Source: Rhodospirillales bacterium
Lineage (GTDB): Bacteria > Pseudomonadota > Alphaproteobacteria > Micavibrionales > Micavibrionaceae
Length of the DNA: 64,000 bases
Direction: 5' to 3'
Assembly (NCBI GenBank): GCA_020638175.1
Contig: JACKJA010000002.1
Span: 1,478,522-1,542,521 of the forward strand
A program made the translations under genes and the position numbers. The notes under the pieces were generated by a model. It was given only the letters and a program-made list of their open reading frames with translations. It did no database searches and was not told where the DNA came from. Shown here in pieces: positions 31,246 through 41,681 of this stretch (the stretch's first letter is position 1; each line of letters begins with the position of its first letter).

Positions 31246-31638
31246 ATGTTCAATCACGTCTCCCTCGGCATTACGAATATTGAAAAATCCGTTGCTTTCT
31301 ATGATCCGTTGATGGCCCTGCTCGGCCATAAACGCGCCTATGGAAATATTGAAGAGGGCTATATGGCATGGGGAGAAGAAGATGCCCTTTCTTTCATCAT
31401 CAACCTGCCACTGGATGAAAACGATACAGCAACGCCATGCAGAGGCTCCCACATCTGTTTTCAGGCCAAAACAAAAGAGCAAGTCGACGCCTTTTACAAA
31501 ACCGCGATTGAAAACGGCGCCACTTGCGACGGCCCACCGGGCTGGCGCCCGGAATATCGCGCAACATATTACGCCTGCTTTATTCTCGACCCGGACGGCC
31601 ACCAGATCGAAGCTGTCGCCTTTGTCGAACCGGCCTAA
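31246..31638 (+). CDS. VOC (glyoxalase/bleomycin-resistance/dioxygenase) family protein
   Basis: 130 aa. FNHVSLGITNIEKSVAFYDPLM...SHICFQA...LDPDGHQIEAV is the typical beta-alpha-beta3 VOC module. Confidence 0.8.
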   Translation: MFNHVSLGITNIEKSVAFYDPLMALLGHKRAYGNIEEGYMAWGEEDALSFIINLPLDENDTATPCRGSHICFQAKTKEQVDAFYKTAIENGATCDGPPGWRPEYRATYYACFILDPDGHQIEAVAFVEPA

Positions 31639-33806
31639 CGCCGGCTTGAGCTGACCCAGGGCCGCGCGCCGCGCACAGACGCCACACTCTCGGCCCGCGG
31701 CAGCGCAGACGGATCATCCGGCACATACAGCGCGTACGCCCCATTATCCCACAAATCAAACCGGTCAATCACAAGCCCGGCACGGCACGGTTTCACCCGC
31801 AGCGGATCACGGGCAATCAATACATCCGCCCACGCACAATCTTCGGCCTGCCCGTTCTCATGATCGGAAAATGCAATATGGCGCCCCTTCAAAACCATAC
31901 GGCATCCCCATTCACCGCATGTAATACCGTCTGCCGTCCCCTCTTTGGGAAACCTGCCCAGCGTTTCATAATCCTGTCCATAAAGCCGCGCCCAGTTCTC
32001 GGCTGAAAACCGGTCCCGCACCCGCGAAGAAACAAACCAGCCATCCGCGCCCCTGTTTACGGCGATCAGCTTCCCCGATGACGCGACCAGAACATCAGGC
32101 ACCCGCGCCTGCATAATAATCGCCCCGGCCATGCCGACAAACACCAGTGCCAGAATTTTACCACGCCCGCGCCACAGCATCGCCCAAAGCACCCCCAGCA
32201 CAAGGCACAAAAGCGCCAGCCCCGGCCACACCGGCGGATTAACCGTCGCATTTGGCAACGCCGCAACATCTCGTGCAATCGCCAGCAAGCCGGTAATCCC
32301 CATATCCAAAGCCCAAAAGGCCGGAAATTCGATCCCCAACGGCATCAGGAAAAAGCTGAAAACCACAGACGGCATAATAACAAATGCCATCAGCGGCCCG
32401 GCCAGCAAATTCGCCGGCAGATCATAAACCGGGTATTGCTGGAAGTGGAACAGACTGAACGGTGCCACGGCGCTCCCCGCCACAAGGGTCGTCAGCAATA
32501 CGCCGAGAAAATACATCAGCACACGCCGCCCCCACCCGGCCCCGCGATAAAGCCGCGACCACCACGGACGGATCACTTCAAAGAAAAACACCAGCGCCGT
32601 CACCGCCGCGAACGACATCTGGAACCCCGCACTGAACAGAGCCTCCGGCGCGCTCAACAAAATCACCAGCGCCGCCAGCGCCACCGTCCGCATCGAAAAC
32701 GGCATCCGGTCGATAATAATGGCAAACAAAACCAGCCCCGTCATAAACAGTGCCCTAAGCGTCGGCACATTGGCTCCGGCCAGAATCGTATAGCCCAGCG
32801 CCCCGGCAAAGGCGAACGCCGCCGCATATTTTTTGATCGGATAATGCAGCGCCAACACCGGAATCAATGCCATCACAAACCGGCTGATAAAAAACAAAAG
32901 CCCGGCCACCATGCCGATATGAAGCCCGGAAATCGCCAGCATATGCGCCAGCCCCGCCGCCCGGATCGCCTCCCAGTCTTCTTCGGTTATAGCCGCCCTC
33001 TCCCCGGTCATCAGCGCCGCCGCAAACGATGCCTGCGGGTACGGGATTTGCGCCTCGATCCGGTTGACAATCCCTTGCCGCAAAGCCTCAACCGTGCCCG
33101 CAAAGCCGGTTTTTGAGGGCACCGCCAATGCCTCCGGCGCATCATAAGCAAAACCGAAAGCGCCAATCTGTTTAAAGTATGCGTAAAACTGGAAATCGAA
33201 CGCCCGCGGTGCCACAGGAGCAGACGGCGGATTAAGCCCAGCCAGAACACGAAGGCGCATCCCGGTTTTTAAGCCCTCATCCTTGTGAATTTTGATTCGC
33301 ACCTTGCGCGGTGTCTCTGCGGGGCGCAATTTTTCAATCACCAGGTCAGTCAGGATCACACGGCTTCCGGCCCCCGGCTCCAACCGGTCAATATCGATAA
33401 CCGTCCCCTCGATCTCCACAGGCGATAAGTCTCGCTCCAGCACCGGGGCATGCATCAACGCCGTCCGGATTTGCGCCGCCATAAAGCCCGACACAAGAAA
33501 GAACAAAAAGCACAGCACCAGCCATCCCGCCATTTGCCGCCCGCCCTCATGCCGCAGGGGCCAGATCAAAAGCCACAGCGCCGTTATCAGGAACCACAAA
33601 GACAGCGCCAGCGCCAAAGGCGGCTCGAACGGCAAAGAAAAATAAAGCCCGATCCCGCCGCCCGTAAACAACGGCAACCATAATAAAATATTATCTTTCT
33701 GCGCCCCTATTGCCTCATGAACCGCCGCCTGCCAGTCATCGGGCAGGGAAAAGCGGCGGGCATAGCCCCGCATCGTCAACATCATATTATGAACGCTCGA
33801 TTGCAC
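31635..33806 (-). CDS. comEC: ComEC/Rec2-family competence membrane channel
   Basis: 723 aa and polytopic. It has the competence domain motif (AAGLAHMLAISGLHIGMVAG) and a C-terminal non-membrane domain. The exact start is uncertain (Met at 33806, 33785 or 33773). Confidence 0.85.
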   Translation of the reverse strand: MQSSVHNMMLTMRGYARRFSLPDDWQAAVHEAIGAQKDNILLWLPLFTGGGIGLYFSLPFEPPLALALSLWFLITALWLLIWPLRHEGGRQMAGWLVLCFLFFLVSGFMAAQIRTALMHAPVLERDLSPVEIEGTVIDIDRLEPGAGSRVILTDLVIEKLRPAETPRKVRIKIHKDEGLKTGMRLRVLAGLNPPSAPVAPRAFDFQFYAYFKQIGAFGFAYDAPEALAVPSKTGFAGTVEALRQGIVNRIEAQIPYPQASFAAALMTGERAAITEEDWEAIRAAGLAHMLAISGLHIGMVAGLLFFISRFVMALIPVLALHYPIKKYAAAFAFAGALGYTILAGANVPTLRALFMTGLVLFAIIIDRMPFSMRTVALAALVILLSAPEALFSAGFQMSFAAVTALVFFFEVIRPWWSRLYRGAGWGRRVLMYFLGVLLTTLVAGSAVAPFSLFHFQQYPVYDLPANLLAGPLMAFVIMPSVVFSFFLMPLGIEFPAFWALDMGITGLLAIARDVAALPNATVNPPVWPGLALLCLVLGVLWAMLWRGRGKILALVFVGMAGAIIMQARVPDVLVASSGKLIAVNRGADGWFVSSRVRDRFSAENWARLYGQDYETLGRFPKEGTADGITCGEWGCRMVLKGRHIAFSDHENGQAEDCAWADVLIARDPLRVKPCRAGLVIDRFDLWDNGAYALYVPDDPSALPRAESVASVRGARPWVSSSRR

Positions 33807-33901
33807 CGGCGGCCCTTTATCATCGGCAATGGATTGTTTTTCTCTATATTTTTCTATATCTAATGAAGACCAAAAACAAACGCGAAAGCAGGAAAAAGAA
33901 C

Positions 33902-35311
33902 ATGAGCGTCGTCACCCGCATTGCCCCCTCTCCAACCGGATACATGCACATCGGCACCGCCCGCACGGCTTTGTACAGCTGGCTGTACGCCAAGCGCCAC
34001 AATGGTAAATTCCTGCTGCGGATCGAGGATACCGACCGCGCTCGCCACTCAGAGGAAGCCGTTCTGGCCATCATGAACGGCATGAAATGGCTGGGACTGG
34101 ACTGGGACGGCGAAGCGGTTTCCCAATTTGAACAGCGCAACCGCCACGCTGAAATCGCCCGGAAAATGGTCGAGGAAGGCAAAGCTTATTACTGCTATTG
34201 CTCGCCCGAAGAACTGGAATCCATGCGTGAAAAAGCCAAGGCCGAAGGCCTCCCGACATTCTATGATCGTCGCTGGCGCGATAAAGGACCGGAAGACGCG
34301 CCGGTTGGCGGCAAGCCGGTCGTGCGGATCAAAGCTCCGCTGGATGGTGAAACCACGATCCACGATCATGTGCAGGGCGATGTCACTGTCAAAAACGAAC
34401 AACTTGATGATTTCATCATCCTGCGTTCCGATGGCACTCCGACCTATATGCTCTCGGTTGTAGTCGACGACCACGATATGGGCGTCACACACGTCATCCG
34501 CGGCGACGATCATTTGAACAACACGTTCCGCCAGAAAGCCATTTATGACGCGATGGGCTGGCCGTTGCCGGAATACGCCCATTTGCCTTTGATTCTGGGA
34601 CAGGACGGCAAAAAACTTTCCAAACGTCACGGCGCCGCCAGCGTCGAGGAATACCGGGATATGGGCTACCTGCCCGAAGCGATGCGCAACTATCTGCTGC
34701 GTCTGGGCTGGAGCCACGGCGACGATGAAATCATCAGTACCAATCAGGCGATTGAATGGTTTAACCTTGAAAACATCAATCAATCTGCCGCCCGCTTTGA
34801 TTTTGCCAAGCTGGAAAGCATCAACACTCATTACATGAAAGAGGCCAATGATGAACGCCTGATCGAACTCATCACGCCATTTCTGCGCGAACGCCATAAT
34901 CTCGACATTGTCGGCGATGAAACGGCGCATCAACGGCTCAAAAACGGTATGAACGACTTGAAAGACCGCGCGAAAACACTCCTGCAGCTCACTGATGAAG
35001 CTGCATTTTACGCGAAAAAAGTACCGTTCGACTTTGATGAGAAAGCAAAAGCAATGCTGGACCAAGACACGATTCCGGTCCTGCAGGCTCTGCACAAAGG
35101 GTTCAGGGACACCCCCGATTTTACCGCTGAAACCGTCGAGCAAATTTGTAAAGACGTGGCCAATGACATGAAAGAAGGCAAGCTTGGTAAAGTCGCCATG
35201 CCCCTGCGTGCCGCCCTGACCGGCACAACTGTTTCGCCGTCAATCTTCCATGCCGCGCCGGTTCTGGGCCGGGAAGAATGTCTGAGCCGTCTCGAAGCCG
35301 TCATTAAATAA
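33902..35311 (+). CDS. gltX: Glutamyl-tRNA synthetase
   Basis: MSVVTRIAPSPTGYMHIGTART carries the HIGH motif, and KLSKRHG is the KMSKS motif. The ORF-track start at 33710 is an upstream artefact that overlaps comEC. Confidence 0.95.
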   Translation: MSVVTRIAPSPTGYMHIGTARTALYSWLYAKRHNGKFLLRIEDTDRARHSEEAVLAIMNGMKWLGLDWDGEAVSQFEQRNRHAEIARKMVEEGKAYYCYCSPEELESMREKAKAEGLPTFYDRRWRDKGPEDAPVGGKPVVRIKAPLDGETTIHDHVQGDVTVKNEQLDDFIILRSDGTPTYMLSVVVDDHDMGVTHVIRGDDHLNNTFRQKAIYDAMGWPLPEYAHLPLILGQDGKKLSKRHGAASVEEYRDMGYLPEAMRNYLLRLGWSHGDDEIISTNQAIEWFNLENINQSAARFDFAKLESINTHYMKEANDERLIELITPFLRERHNLDIVGDETAHQRLKNGMNDLKDRAKTLLQLTDEAAFYAKKVPFDFDEKAKAMLDQDTIPVLQALHKGFRDTPDFTAETVEQICKDVANDMKEGKLGKVAMPLRAALTGTTVSPSIFHAAPVLGREECLSRLEAVIK

Positions 35312-35441
35312 TTGGTAATAAAATCAAGCTATAAATGAACGCTGCAGATTGATTTTGCAGCGCAATAAATCTATTATCATTCCTGCACGGTTTCTAAAAA
35401 ACCGCCTTCCCTTTTTATTCCACCCAATGAGGCAGATTATC

Positions 35442-36752
35442 ATGTCAGAAGAAAACACAGATAAAACATTTACCCTGACCAATGACGAAACCGGCGAAAG
35501 CTGGAAGCTCCCTGTTCTGTCAGGCACAACCGGGCCCGATGTTATCGACGTCCGTAAACTTTACTCCGAGACAGGACTTTTCACATTCGACCCCAGCTAC
35601 ACATCGACAGCCAGTTGCAAATCACGCCTGACCTTTATTGACGGTGACAAAGGCATCCTGATGCACCGCGGCTATAACATCAAGGAACTGGCTGAAAAAA
35701 GCACGTTTTTGGAAGTCGCCTATCTGCTTCTATACGGTGACCTGCCCAACAAGAAAGAATTTGAAACGTTCCAGGGTAACGTGAAATATCACACCATGGT
35801 CCACGACCAGATGCAGTATTTCTTCCGCGGATTCCGCCGTGACGCGCATCCGATGGCCATTATGGTGGCCGCTGTCGGCGCGATGTCGGCGTTCTATCAT
35901 GACTCGCTGGATATCTGGGACCCGCGCCACCGTGAAATTTCCGCACACCGCTTGTTGTCAAAAATCCCGACACTGGCCGCCATGAGTTACAAATATTCGA
36001 TCGGTCAGCCTTTCCGGTATCCGCAAAATGACCTGACCTATTCGGAAAACTTCCTGCAGATGTGCTTTGGCGTTCCGGCCGAACCCTACAAGGTAAACCC
36101 GGCCTGCGCCCGCGCCATGGATAAAATCCTGATCCTGCACGCGGACCACGAACAAAACGCATCGACGTCAACGGTCCGTCTGGCCGGGTCGTCTCAGGCA
36201 AACCCATTTGCGTGCATTTCATCAGGGATTGCTTCGCTGTGGGGACCGGCACATGGCGGCGCCAACCAGGCCGTTCTTGAGATGCTGGACCAAATCGGCA
36301 CCGTCGACAAGATTCCCGAATATCTGGAAAAAGCCAAGGACAAAGACGATCCGTTCCGCCTGATGGGCTTTGGCCACCGGGTTTACAAGAACTTCGACCC
36401 GCGCGCCGATGTGTTGCGCGAGTCATGCCATGAGGTTCTCGAGGAACTCGGCGTCAAGGACGAACCACGCCTGAAACTGGCGATGGAACTGGAACGTATC
36501 GCGCTGGAGGACGATTATTTCGTCCAGCGCAAACTGTTCCCGAATGTCGACTTCTATTCCGGCATTATTCTGAACGCTATGGGATTCCCGACCAACATGT
36601 TCACGGTGCTGTTTGCTGTGGGCCGGACGATTGGCTGGATTTCCCAGTGGAAAGAAATGATCGAGGAACCATCCCTGCGGATCGGCCGTCCGCGCCAGCT
36701 CTACACTGGCCCGGCCGAACGTCCCTACGTTCCGATGAACAAACGCAAATAA
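35442..36752 (+). CDS. gltA: Citrate synthase (type II)
   Basis: [17 protein letters not shown] and [14 protein letters not shown]. The Met at 35442 ([10 protein letters not shown]) is preceded by GAGG. Confidence 0.95.
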   Translation: MSEENTDKTFTLTNDETGESWKLPVLSGTTGPDVIDVRKLYSETGLFTFDPSYTSTASCKSRLTFIDGDKGILMHRGYNIKELAEKSTFLEVAYLLLYGDLPNKKEFETFQGNVKYHTMVHDQMQYFFRGFRRDAHPMAIMVAAVGAMSAFYHDSLDIWDPRHREISAHRLLSKIPTLAAMSYKYSIGQPFRYPQNDLTYSENFLQMCFGVPAEPYKVNPACARAMDKILILHADHEQNASTSTVRLAGSSQANPFACISSGIASLWGPAHGGANQAVLEMLDQIGTVDKIPEYLEKAKDKDDPFRLMGFGHRVYKNFDPRADVLRESCHEVLEELGVKDEPRLKLAMELERIALEDDYFVQRKLFPNVDFYSGIILNAMGFPTNMFTVLFAVGRTIGWISQWKEMIEEPSLRIGRPRQLYTGPAERPYVPMNKRK

Positions 36753-36755
36753 AAA

Positions 36756-37898
36756 TTACGTCAAAGATAAAACAAAAGATGCCGCTTGCTCTGCTGGCGG
36801 CATTTTTTTTGCCCCGGTCAGAAGCAATCGAACCTTGTCAAAGGCCTGTTTTTGTTTGGCCGCACCATCCGTCAGCCCCCTTGCCGCCGCTGACAATCTT
36901 TCTATCGTGCAATCATTTTGGATAAATTCCGGAACGACCGGCGCATCCAAAAGCAAATTGGCCAGATGCACATATTTGACGCTCACTTTACGCTTCACGA
37001 TCTCGAACGTCAGGCGGTTCATTTTATAACCGATCACATGCGGCACCCCGGCCACAGCCAGCTCCAACCCCACCGTCCCCGAAGTCGCCAGCGCCCCGTC
37101 CATCGCGGCAAAAGCATTCCATTTTTGCGCCGGATCCGTTGTGATGACGCACGGTAAATCGGTCGTCAACGCCCGCACCCGCGCCTCAAGATGCGGCAAT
37201 GTCGGCACAATAAACCGCACATCTGGATCATGAGCCACCAGCCGCTTCATAACGGCAACGAATACCGGCCCCATGCGCTTTAACTCGCCGCCGCGACTGC
37301 CAAATAACACACCAAAGGTCGACGCCGTAGCAGGAATATCCTGCGCCCGCCTGAACGTCGCGCCATCGGCTGTCGCATAACCGCTTTCCAGCATAGGATG
37401 CCCGACAAACGCGGCCTTCATCCCCTCGCGCTCGAAATACGGAGGCTCAAAGGGAAACAGGCACATAATTCCGTCATAAAGACGCGCCACCTTCGCCGCC
37501 CGTTCCGGCCGCCACGCCCAGACCGTCGGCGCTACGTAATGGATCATTTGCGGTGCAGTTTCAGGTCTGCACCGCTGGCGCACCTGCTTGACAACCCGAA
37601 ACGAAAAATCCGGCGCATCAATAGTAACCACAATATCAGGTGATATTTTTACAATATTATCAGATGCCTGTTTAATTCTTTTAAGAATAAGATTTAAACG
37701 CGGCAGGATTTCCGCCACCCCCATCACCGACAAATCTTCCATGGGAAACAGGCTTTCCAGCCCCTCGGCTTGCATCAACGGGCCACCGACACCGTGAAAG
37801 GCAATAGCGCCCTCCGCTTGTTTCTTCAAGGCCGCCATTAAACGCGCCCCCAAAACATCGCCCGATGCTTCACCCGCCGTAATAAACACCTGCATCAT
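36756..37898 (-). CDS. lpxB: Lipid-A-disaccharide synthase
   Basis: MQVFITAGEASGDVLGARLM..., VIDAPDFSFRV and YVAPTVWAWRP. 380 aa. Confidence 0.93.
   Translation of the reverse strand: MMQVFITAGEASGDVLGARLMAALKKQAEGAIAFHGVGGPLMQAEGLESLFPMEDLSVMGVAEILPRLNLILKRIKQASDNIVKISPDIVVTIDAPDFSFRVVKQVRQRCRPETAPQMIHYVAPTVWAWRPERAAKVARLYDGIMCLFPFEPPYFEREGMKAAFVGHPMLESGYATADGATFRRAQDIPATASTFGVLFGSRGGELKRMGPVFVAVMKRLVAHDPDVRFIVPTLPHLEARVRALTTDLPCVITTDPAQKWNAFAAMDGALATSGTVGLELAVAGVPHVIGYKMNRLTFEIVKRKVSVKYVHLANLLLDAPVVPEFIQNDCTIERLSAAARGLTDGAAKQKQAFDKVRLLLTGAKKMPPAEQAASFVLSLT
36779..36810 (+). terminator. Rho-independent terminator of gltA
   Basis: ATGCCGC (36779-36785), an 11-nt loop, GCGGCAT (36797-36803), then a T-run to 36810. 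It lies inside the last codons of the convergent lpxB. Confidence 0.6.
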
Positions 37899-38770
37899 GG
37901 CTGATCCTGCGGCTTAAGCACAACGCCCATCACGAACATCTTGTTTTTATCGGCCAGCCCGGCCACCTCTTCCGGCTCCAAAAGCAACGCCGTTCCGGCC
38001 TGCACAATGATCCCGGCCAGCCCGGCCTCAGCGCACAAACGCACCGTCTCCGGCCCCATAGTCGGCAAATCCAGTGCGATATCCTGCTGTGGCTTGCAGG
38101 TTTTCACCAGCACGCCGCCGCGCCCGGCCCGTTTATACGCTTTGCATCGCCGGATCAACGCATCGGTGCCCTCAACGCCCTCAACGCCCAGAACAATTCC
38201 TTCTTGCACGATCACGGATTGTCCGACATCCAAAGCGCCCAAAGCTTGGGAAACCTCGATCCCCCGCTCGATATCAGCCTGATCGGCTTTTGACGGTTTC
38301 TTTTTGCCGATTAGACCTTCCGGCATCAGCAAATCCCGGGCAAAGTCCTGCACCGGATGCACCGTAAACCCTTCACTTTCGATTTCCTCCCGCAGGGCGC
38401 TGAGAATCCCGTCATCCCCCAGTGCCTTGACACCCAGACGGGCAAAAAAACCGGCAGTGCGTATATCCGGGCGCAGCTCCGCCAGAGAAGGCCGCCGAAT
38501 AGAGCCTATCAAGACAAGGTCGTCAATCTTACGCTCTTTCAATGTTTTGAAAATATGCCCGGCCGCGCCCAAACGGGTAAGAAGGTGCTTCCGACCGGAA
38601 AAAACCTGCGGGTCTGTTTGCCCTTCAAAGCCGACAATAAACACGTCAATTCCGGCCTTGTCACACGCCGCCACCAACCGGGACGGCAAACCACCGCCCC
38701 CGGCAATAATCCCCAGCCTGGTAATAGCAGGAATTTGATCGTCTACGCGGCTTTCCGGGGGGGCTGACAT
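37895..38770 (-). CDS. lpxI: UDP-2,3-diacylglucosamine pyrophosphatase LpxI (DUF1009)
   Basis: LGIIAGGGGLP..., DVGQSVIVQEG..LGVEGVEGTDALI and KPQQD..DLPTMG. It sits between lpxA and lpxB, as in other Alphaproteobacteria that lack lpxH. Confidence 0.85.
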   Translation of the reverse strand: MSAPPESRVDDQIPAITRLGIIAGGGGLPSRLVAACDKAGIDVFIVGFEGQTDPQVFSGRKHLLTRLGAAGHIFKTLKERKIDDLVLIGSIRRPSLAELRPDIRTAGFFARLGVKALGDDGILSALREEIESEGFTVHPVQDFARDLLMPEGLIGKKKPSKADQADIERGIEVSQALGALDVGQSVIVQEGIVLGVEGVEGTDALIRRCKAYKRAGRGGVLVKTCKPQQDIALDLPTMGPETVRLCAEAGLAGIIVQAGTALLLEPEEVAGLADKNKMFVMGVVLKPQDQP

Positions 38771-39546
38771 AGGGTAAACCTGTTTTTCTGACGGGCGAAC
38801 TGGATGATATCCATTACGGCCTGTTCATCGGCGAAGTTTTGCGCCACATTTTCCAGACGCTGATCCAAAGTCCCCTCGCCGGAAAACAGGGCGTTAAAGG
38901 CGCTTTGCAGGGTTTTGACCTGATCTCTCGTAAAGCCGCGGCGCTCCAGCCCGACAAGGTTCAACCCCGCCAGATGCGCCCGCTCGCCTTTGACACGGCC
39001 ATAGGGAATAACATCGTTTTCAACGCCGGACATCCCGCCGATCACAGCATGATCGCCAATCCGGATAAACTGGTGAACCGCCGCCAAACCGCCGATCACG
39101 ACAAAATCACCGACAACCACATGGCCGCCCAGCGTGGCATTATTGGCCAGAATAACATTGTTCCCGATACGGCAATCATGCGCGACATGTACACCGATCA
39201 TAAACAACCCGTTATCACCAATAACGGTTTCCATCCCGCCATCCTGCGTACCGGGATTCATCGTCACATGTTCGCGGATTGTATTGTTTTTACCGATCTT
39301 CAACATCGACGGTTCCCCGCCATATTTCAAATCCTGCGGCGGCATGCCGATCGAGGCAAAAGGATAAATCTGGGTTCCCTCACCAATATCCGTGTGGCCG
39401 TCAACCACGACATGCGCATGCAAAACCACATTGTCGCCTAAAACCACGTTCGGCCCGACAACGCAATACGGTCCGACTTTTACGCCGGCCCCCAGTTTCG
39501 CTGTTTCGTGAATGATCGCGGTAGGATGAATATTATTCTCAGTCAT
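38743..39546 (-). CDS. lpxA: UDP-N-acetylglucosamine O-acyltransferase
   Basis: Left-handed beta-helix hexapeptide repeats beginning IHPTAIIHETAKLGAGVKVGPYCVVG, plus a C-terminal helical domain. The Met at 39546 is preferred over 39582. Confidence 0.93.
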   Translation of the reverse strand: MTENNIHPTAIIHETAKLGAGVKVGPYCVVGPNVVLGDNVVLHAHVVVDGHTDIGEGTQIYPFASIGMPPQDLKYGGEPSMLKIGKNNTIREHVTMNPGTQDGGMETVIGDNGLFMIGVHVAHDCRIGNNVILANNATLGGHVVVGDFVVIGGLAAVHQFIRIGDHAVIGGMSGVENDVIPYGRVKGERAHLAGLNLVGLERRGFTRDQVKTLQSAFNALFSGEGTLDQRLENVAQNFADEQAVMDIIQFARQKNRFTLCQPPRKAA

Positions 39547-39625
39547 GAGCTGCAATATGCCGGAAAGCCTTTGTCTGCGCAAATCACGGTTTATTGCGCG
39601 GTGTTACAAACGTCCCTGTCGGGGT

Positions 39626-40084
39626 TTATTTATCATCCATAATCATGGCGCTAAAAACCGCCTCGGCACAAAGCTTGTCATTGACGATCGCCTCGCCCTT
39701 GAACTTCCAGACATTGCGCCGGGATTGCAGCTTCGTCACATGAATATACATGGAATCGCCGGGGGTAACGGGCTTGCGGAACCGGGCGTTATCAATCGTC
39801 ATAAAATAAACCAGTTTGCCTTCAGCCTCCGGCCCTAGCGTTTTCACCACCAGGCAAGCCGCTGTCTGGGCCATGGATTCGATAATCATCACACCCGGCA
39901 TGATCGGCGCGCCGGGGAAATGCCCCATAAATTGCGGCTCGTTCATCGTTACATTTTTAAGGCCGACAGCACTTTCACCCTCGACATAGTCGACAATCCG
40001 ATCAACCAGCAAAATCGGATAACGGTGCGGAATCATCTCCATGATCCGGGTTACGTCTATATAGTCTTTTTCTTGCTCACTCAT
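39626..40084 (-). CDS. fabZ: 3-hydroxyacyl-ACP dehydratase FabZ
   Basis: LPHRYPILLVDRI and HFPGAPIMPGVMIIESMAQ. 152 aa. Confidence 0.95.
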   Translation of the reverse strand: MSEQEKDYIDVTRIMEMIPHRYPILLVDRIVDYVEGESAVGLKNVTMNEPQFMGHFPGAPIMPGVMIIESMAQTAACLVVKTLGPEAEGKLVYFMTIDNARFRKPVTPGDSMYIHVTKLQSRRNVWKFKGEAIVNDKLCAEAVFSAMIMDDK

Positions 40085-40091
40085 CGCCTTT

Positions 40092-41057
40092 TCACCTGCT
40101 CTTCTTTGTCAGTTTGTTCAAGGTGGCTATCTGCCGCATAAACTGTTTTATAGGAATCGCCGGGGCTCCCATCACTTCCGCGCCGGCAGGTACATCCCGC
40201 ATAATCCCGGCTTGAGCGGCAATCCGTGCCCCCATCCCGATATGCAAATGCCCGGCAACACCCGCCTGCCCGGCAATCACAGCATAATCGTCAATGACAG
40301 TCGACCCTGAAATGCCAACCTGGGCGACGATCACACAGCCCTTGCCGATTTTTACGTTATGCCCGATTTGCACGAGATTATCAATCCATGTTCCTTGCCC
40401 GATAACCGTGTCCGGACCTGCGCCGCGGTCTATACAGCTATTTGCCCCGATTTCGACATGATCCCCGATCACAACCCGCCCCAGTTGCGGCACTTTGACA
40501 TGCCCCGCCGGATCAATGGCAAAACCAAAACCATCCTGCCCGATCCGCGCCCCTGGATAAATCCGTACATAAGCGCCAATCACGGCATAGGAAATCGTGG
40601 CGTTCGCCCCAATCCGGCAGCAATCCCCCAATTCAACATGCGGCCCGATCACGGCTCCGGCTTCAATCACGCAGCCCGCGCCGATTTTAGCCGTAGGGTC
40701 AATGATCGCCTGCGGTGATATATACGGCTCCGGGGATGTTTCCTGAGGGTAGAAAGCCTGCGCCACTTTAGCATAGGATTTATAGGGATGGGGTGATACC
40801 AGCAACGCCAAACCATTCGGCGCCAGATCGCACATTTCCTGTGCAACGATACAGGCCGCGGCCTTGGTTACGGCAAACTGCTCCTTATAGCGGATATTAT
40901 CAAGAAAACTGATATCGTCCGGCCCGGCATGATCGAGAGCCGCGACATCGGCAACCACCGTTTCCGGATCGCCTTGCACAACCTCGGCCCCCGCCAGCGC
41001 CGCAAGATGCGCCAGTGTCATCGGCTTTGCACGCTGGAAAAAACGAAAATCAGCCAT
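40092..41057 (-). CDS. lpxD: UDP-3-O-acylglucosamine N-acyltransferase
   Basis: An N-terminal uridine-binding domain followed by long hexapeptide repeats ([16 protein letters not shown]...). It sits in the skp-lpxD-fabZ-lpxA context. Confidence 0.9.
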   Translation of the reverse strand: MADFRFFQRAKPMTLAHLAALAGAEVVQGDPETVVADVAALDHAGPDDISFLDNIRYKEQFAVTKAAACIVAQEMCDLAPNGLALLVSPHPYKSYAKVAQAFYPQETSPEPYISPQAIIDPTAKIGAGCVIEAGAVIGPHVELGDCCRIGANATISYAVIGAYVRIYPGARIGQDGFGFAIDPAGHVKVPQLGRVVIGDHVEIGANSCIDRGAGPDTVIGQGTWIDNLVQIGHNVKIGKGCVIVAQVGISGSTVIDDYAVIAGQAGVAGHLHIGMGARIAAQAGIMRDVPAGAEVMGAPAIPIKQFMRQIATLNKLTKKSR

Positions 41058-41063
41058 AGCGAA

Positions 41064-41627
41064 TTATTTAACGCCCTTTACATCAAGCTTGACCGCGCTT
41101 AAAGACGCATCCAGCTTTTTCATGACATCGGCGGTAATATCCAAAGACGGCTCGCTCCAGACAATCCCCTGCCCGGTCAGGACCAGATCAAAATCTTTCT
41201 CTTTGGAAAGGCCTTCGACAATTTTCAGGATTTCTTTTTGCAAAACCCCGGACGCTTTCGCTGTCGCTTCGGCAAAAGCTTGCTTACGCTCCTGAACAGC
41301 CCGGCGGGCCTCCATGACTTTTTTATCAAAAGCCAGCTTTTCCGTATCAAACTGCTCCGTCGAAATGTCCTTGCGCTTGTCATCCAGCGCCTTACCGACC
41401 GCTTGCAACTCGGCCTCTTTTTTGGAAAATTCAGCTTGCGAACTTTTTTGATAAGCCTCGATCTGACGCTGAATATCCTTCGCCGCCAAAGAATTCATCA
41501 AAATAGTCTGAACATTAACAATCGCCACTTTTGTATCGGCATGGGCAGCTTGCACCGGCACCAAAAGCGCCATAGCCATAACGAATGAAACAAAAAACAC
41601 GCGGGCGCGCACAGCCATATCAGACAT
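41064..41627 (-). CDS. skp: OmpH/Skp-family periplasmic chaperone
   Basis: 187 aa with a signal peptide and a long Lys/Glu/Gln-rich coiled coil. It lies between bamA and lpxD. Confidence 0.8.
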   Translation of the reverse strand: MSDMAVRARVFFVSFVMAMALLVPVQAAHADTKVAIVNVQTILMNSLAAKDIQRQIEAYQKSSQAEFSKKEAELQAVGKALDDKRKDISTEQFDTEKLAFDKKVMEARRAVQERKQAFAEATAKASGVLQKEILKIVEGLSKEKDFDLVLTGQGIVWSEPSLDITADVMKKLDASLSAVKLDVKGVK

Positions 41628-41681
41628 AATATTCCTCTTTTCTTAAAATATAAAAACCAAGCAGAAACGCGAACAAATAAT

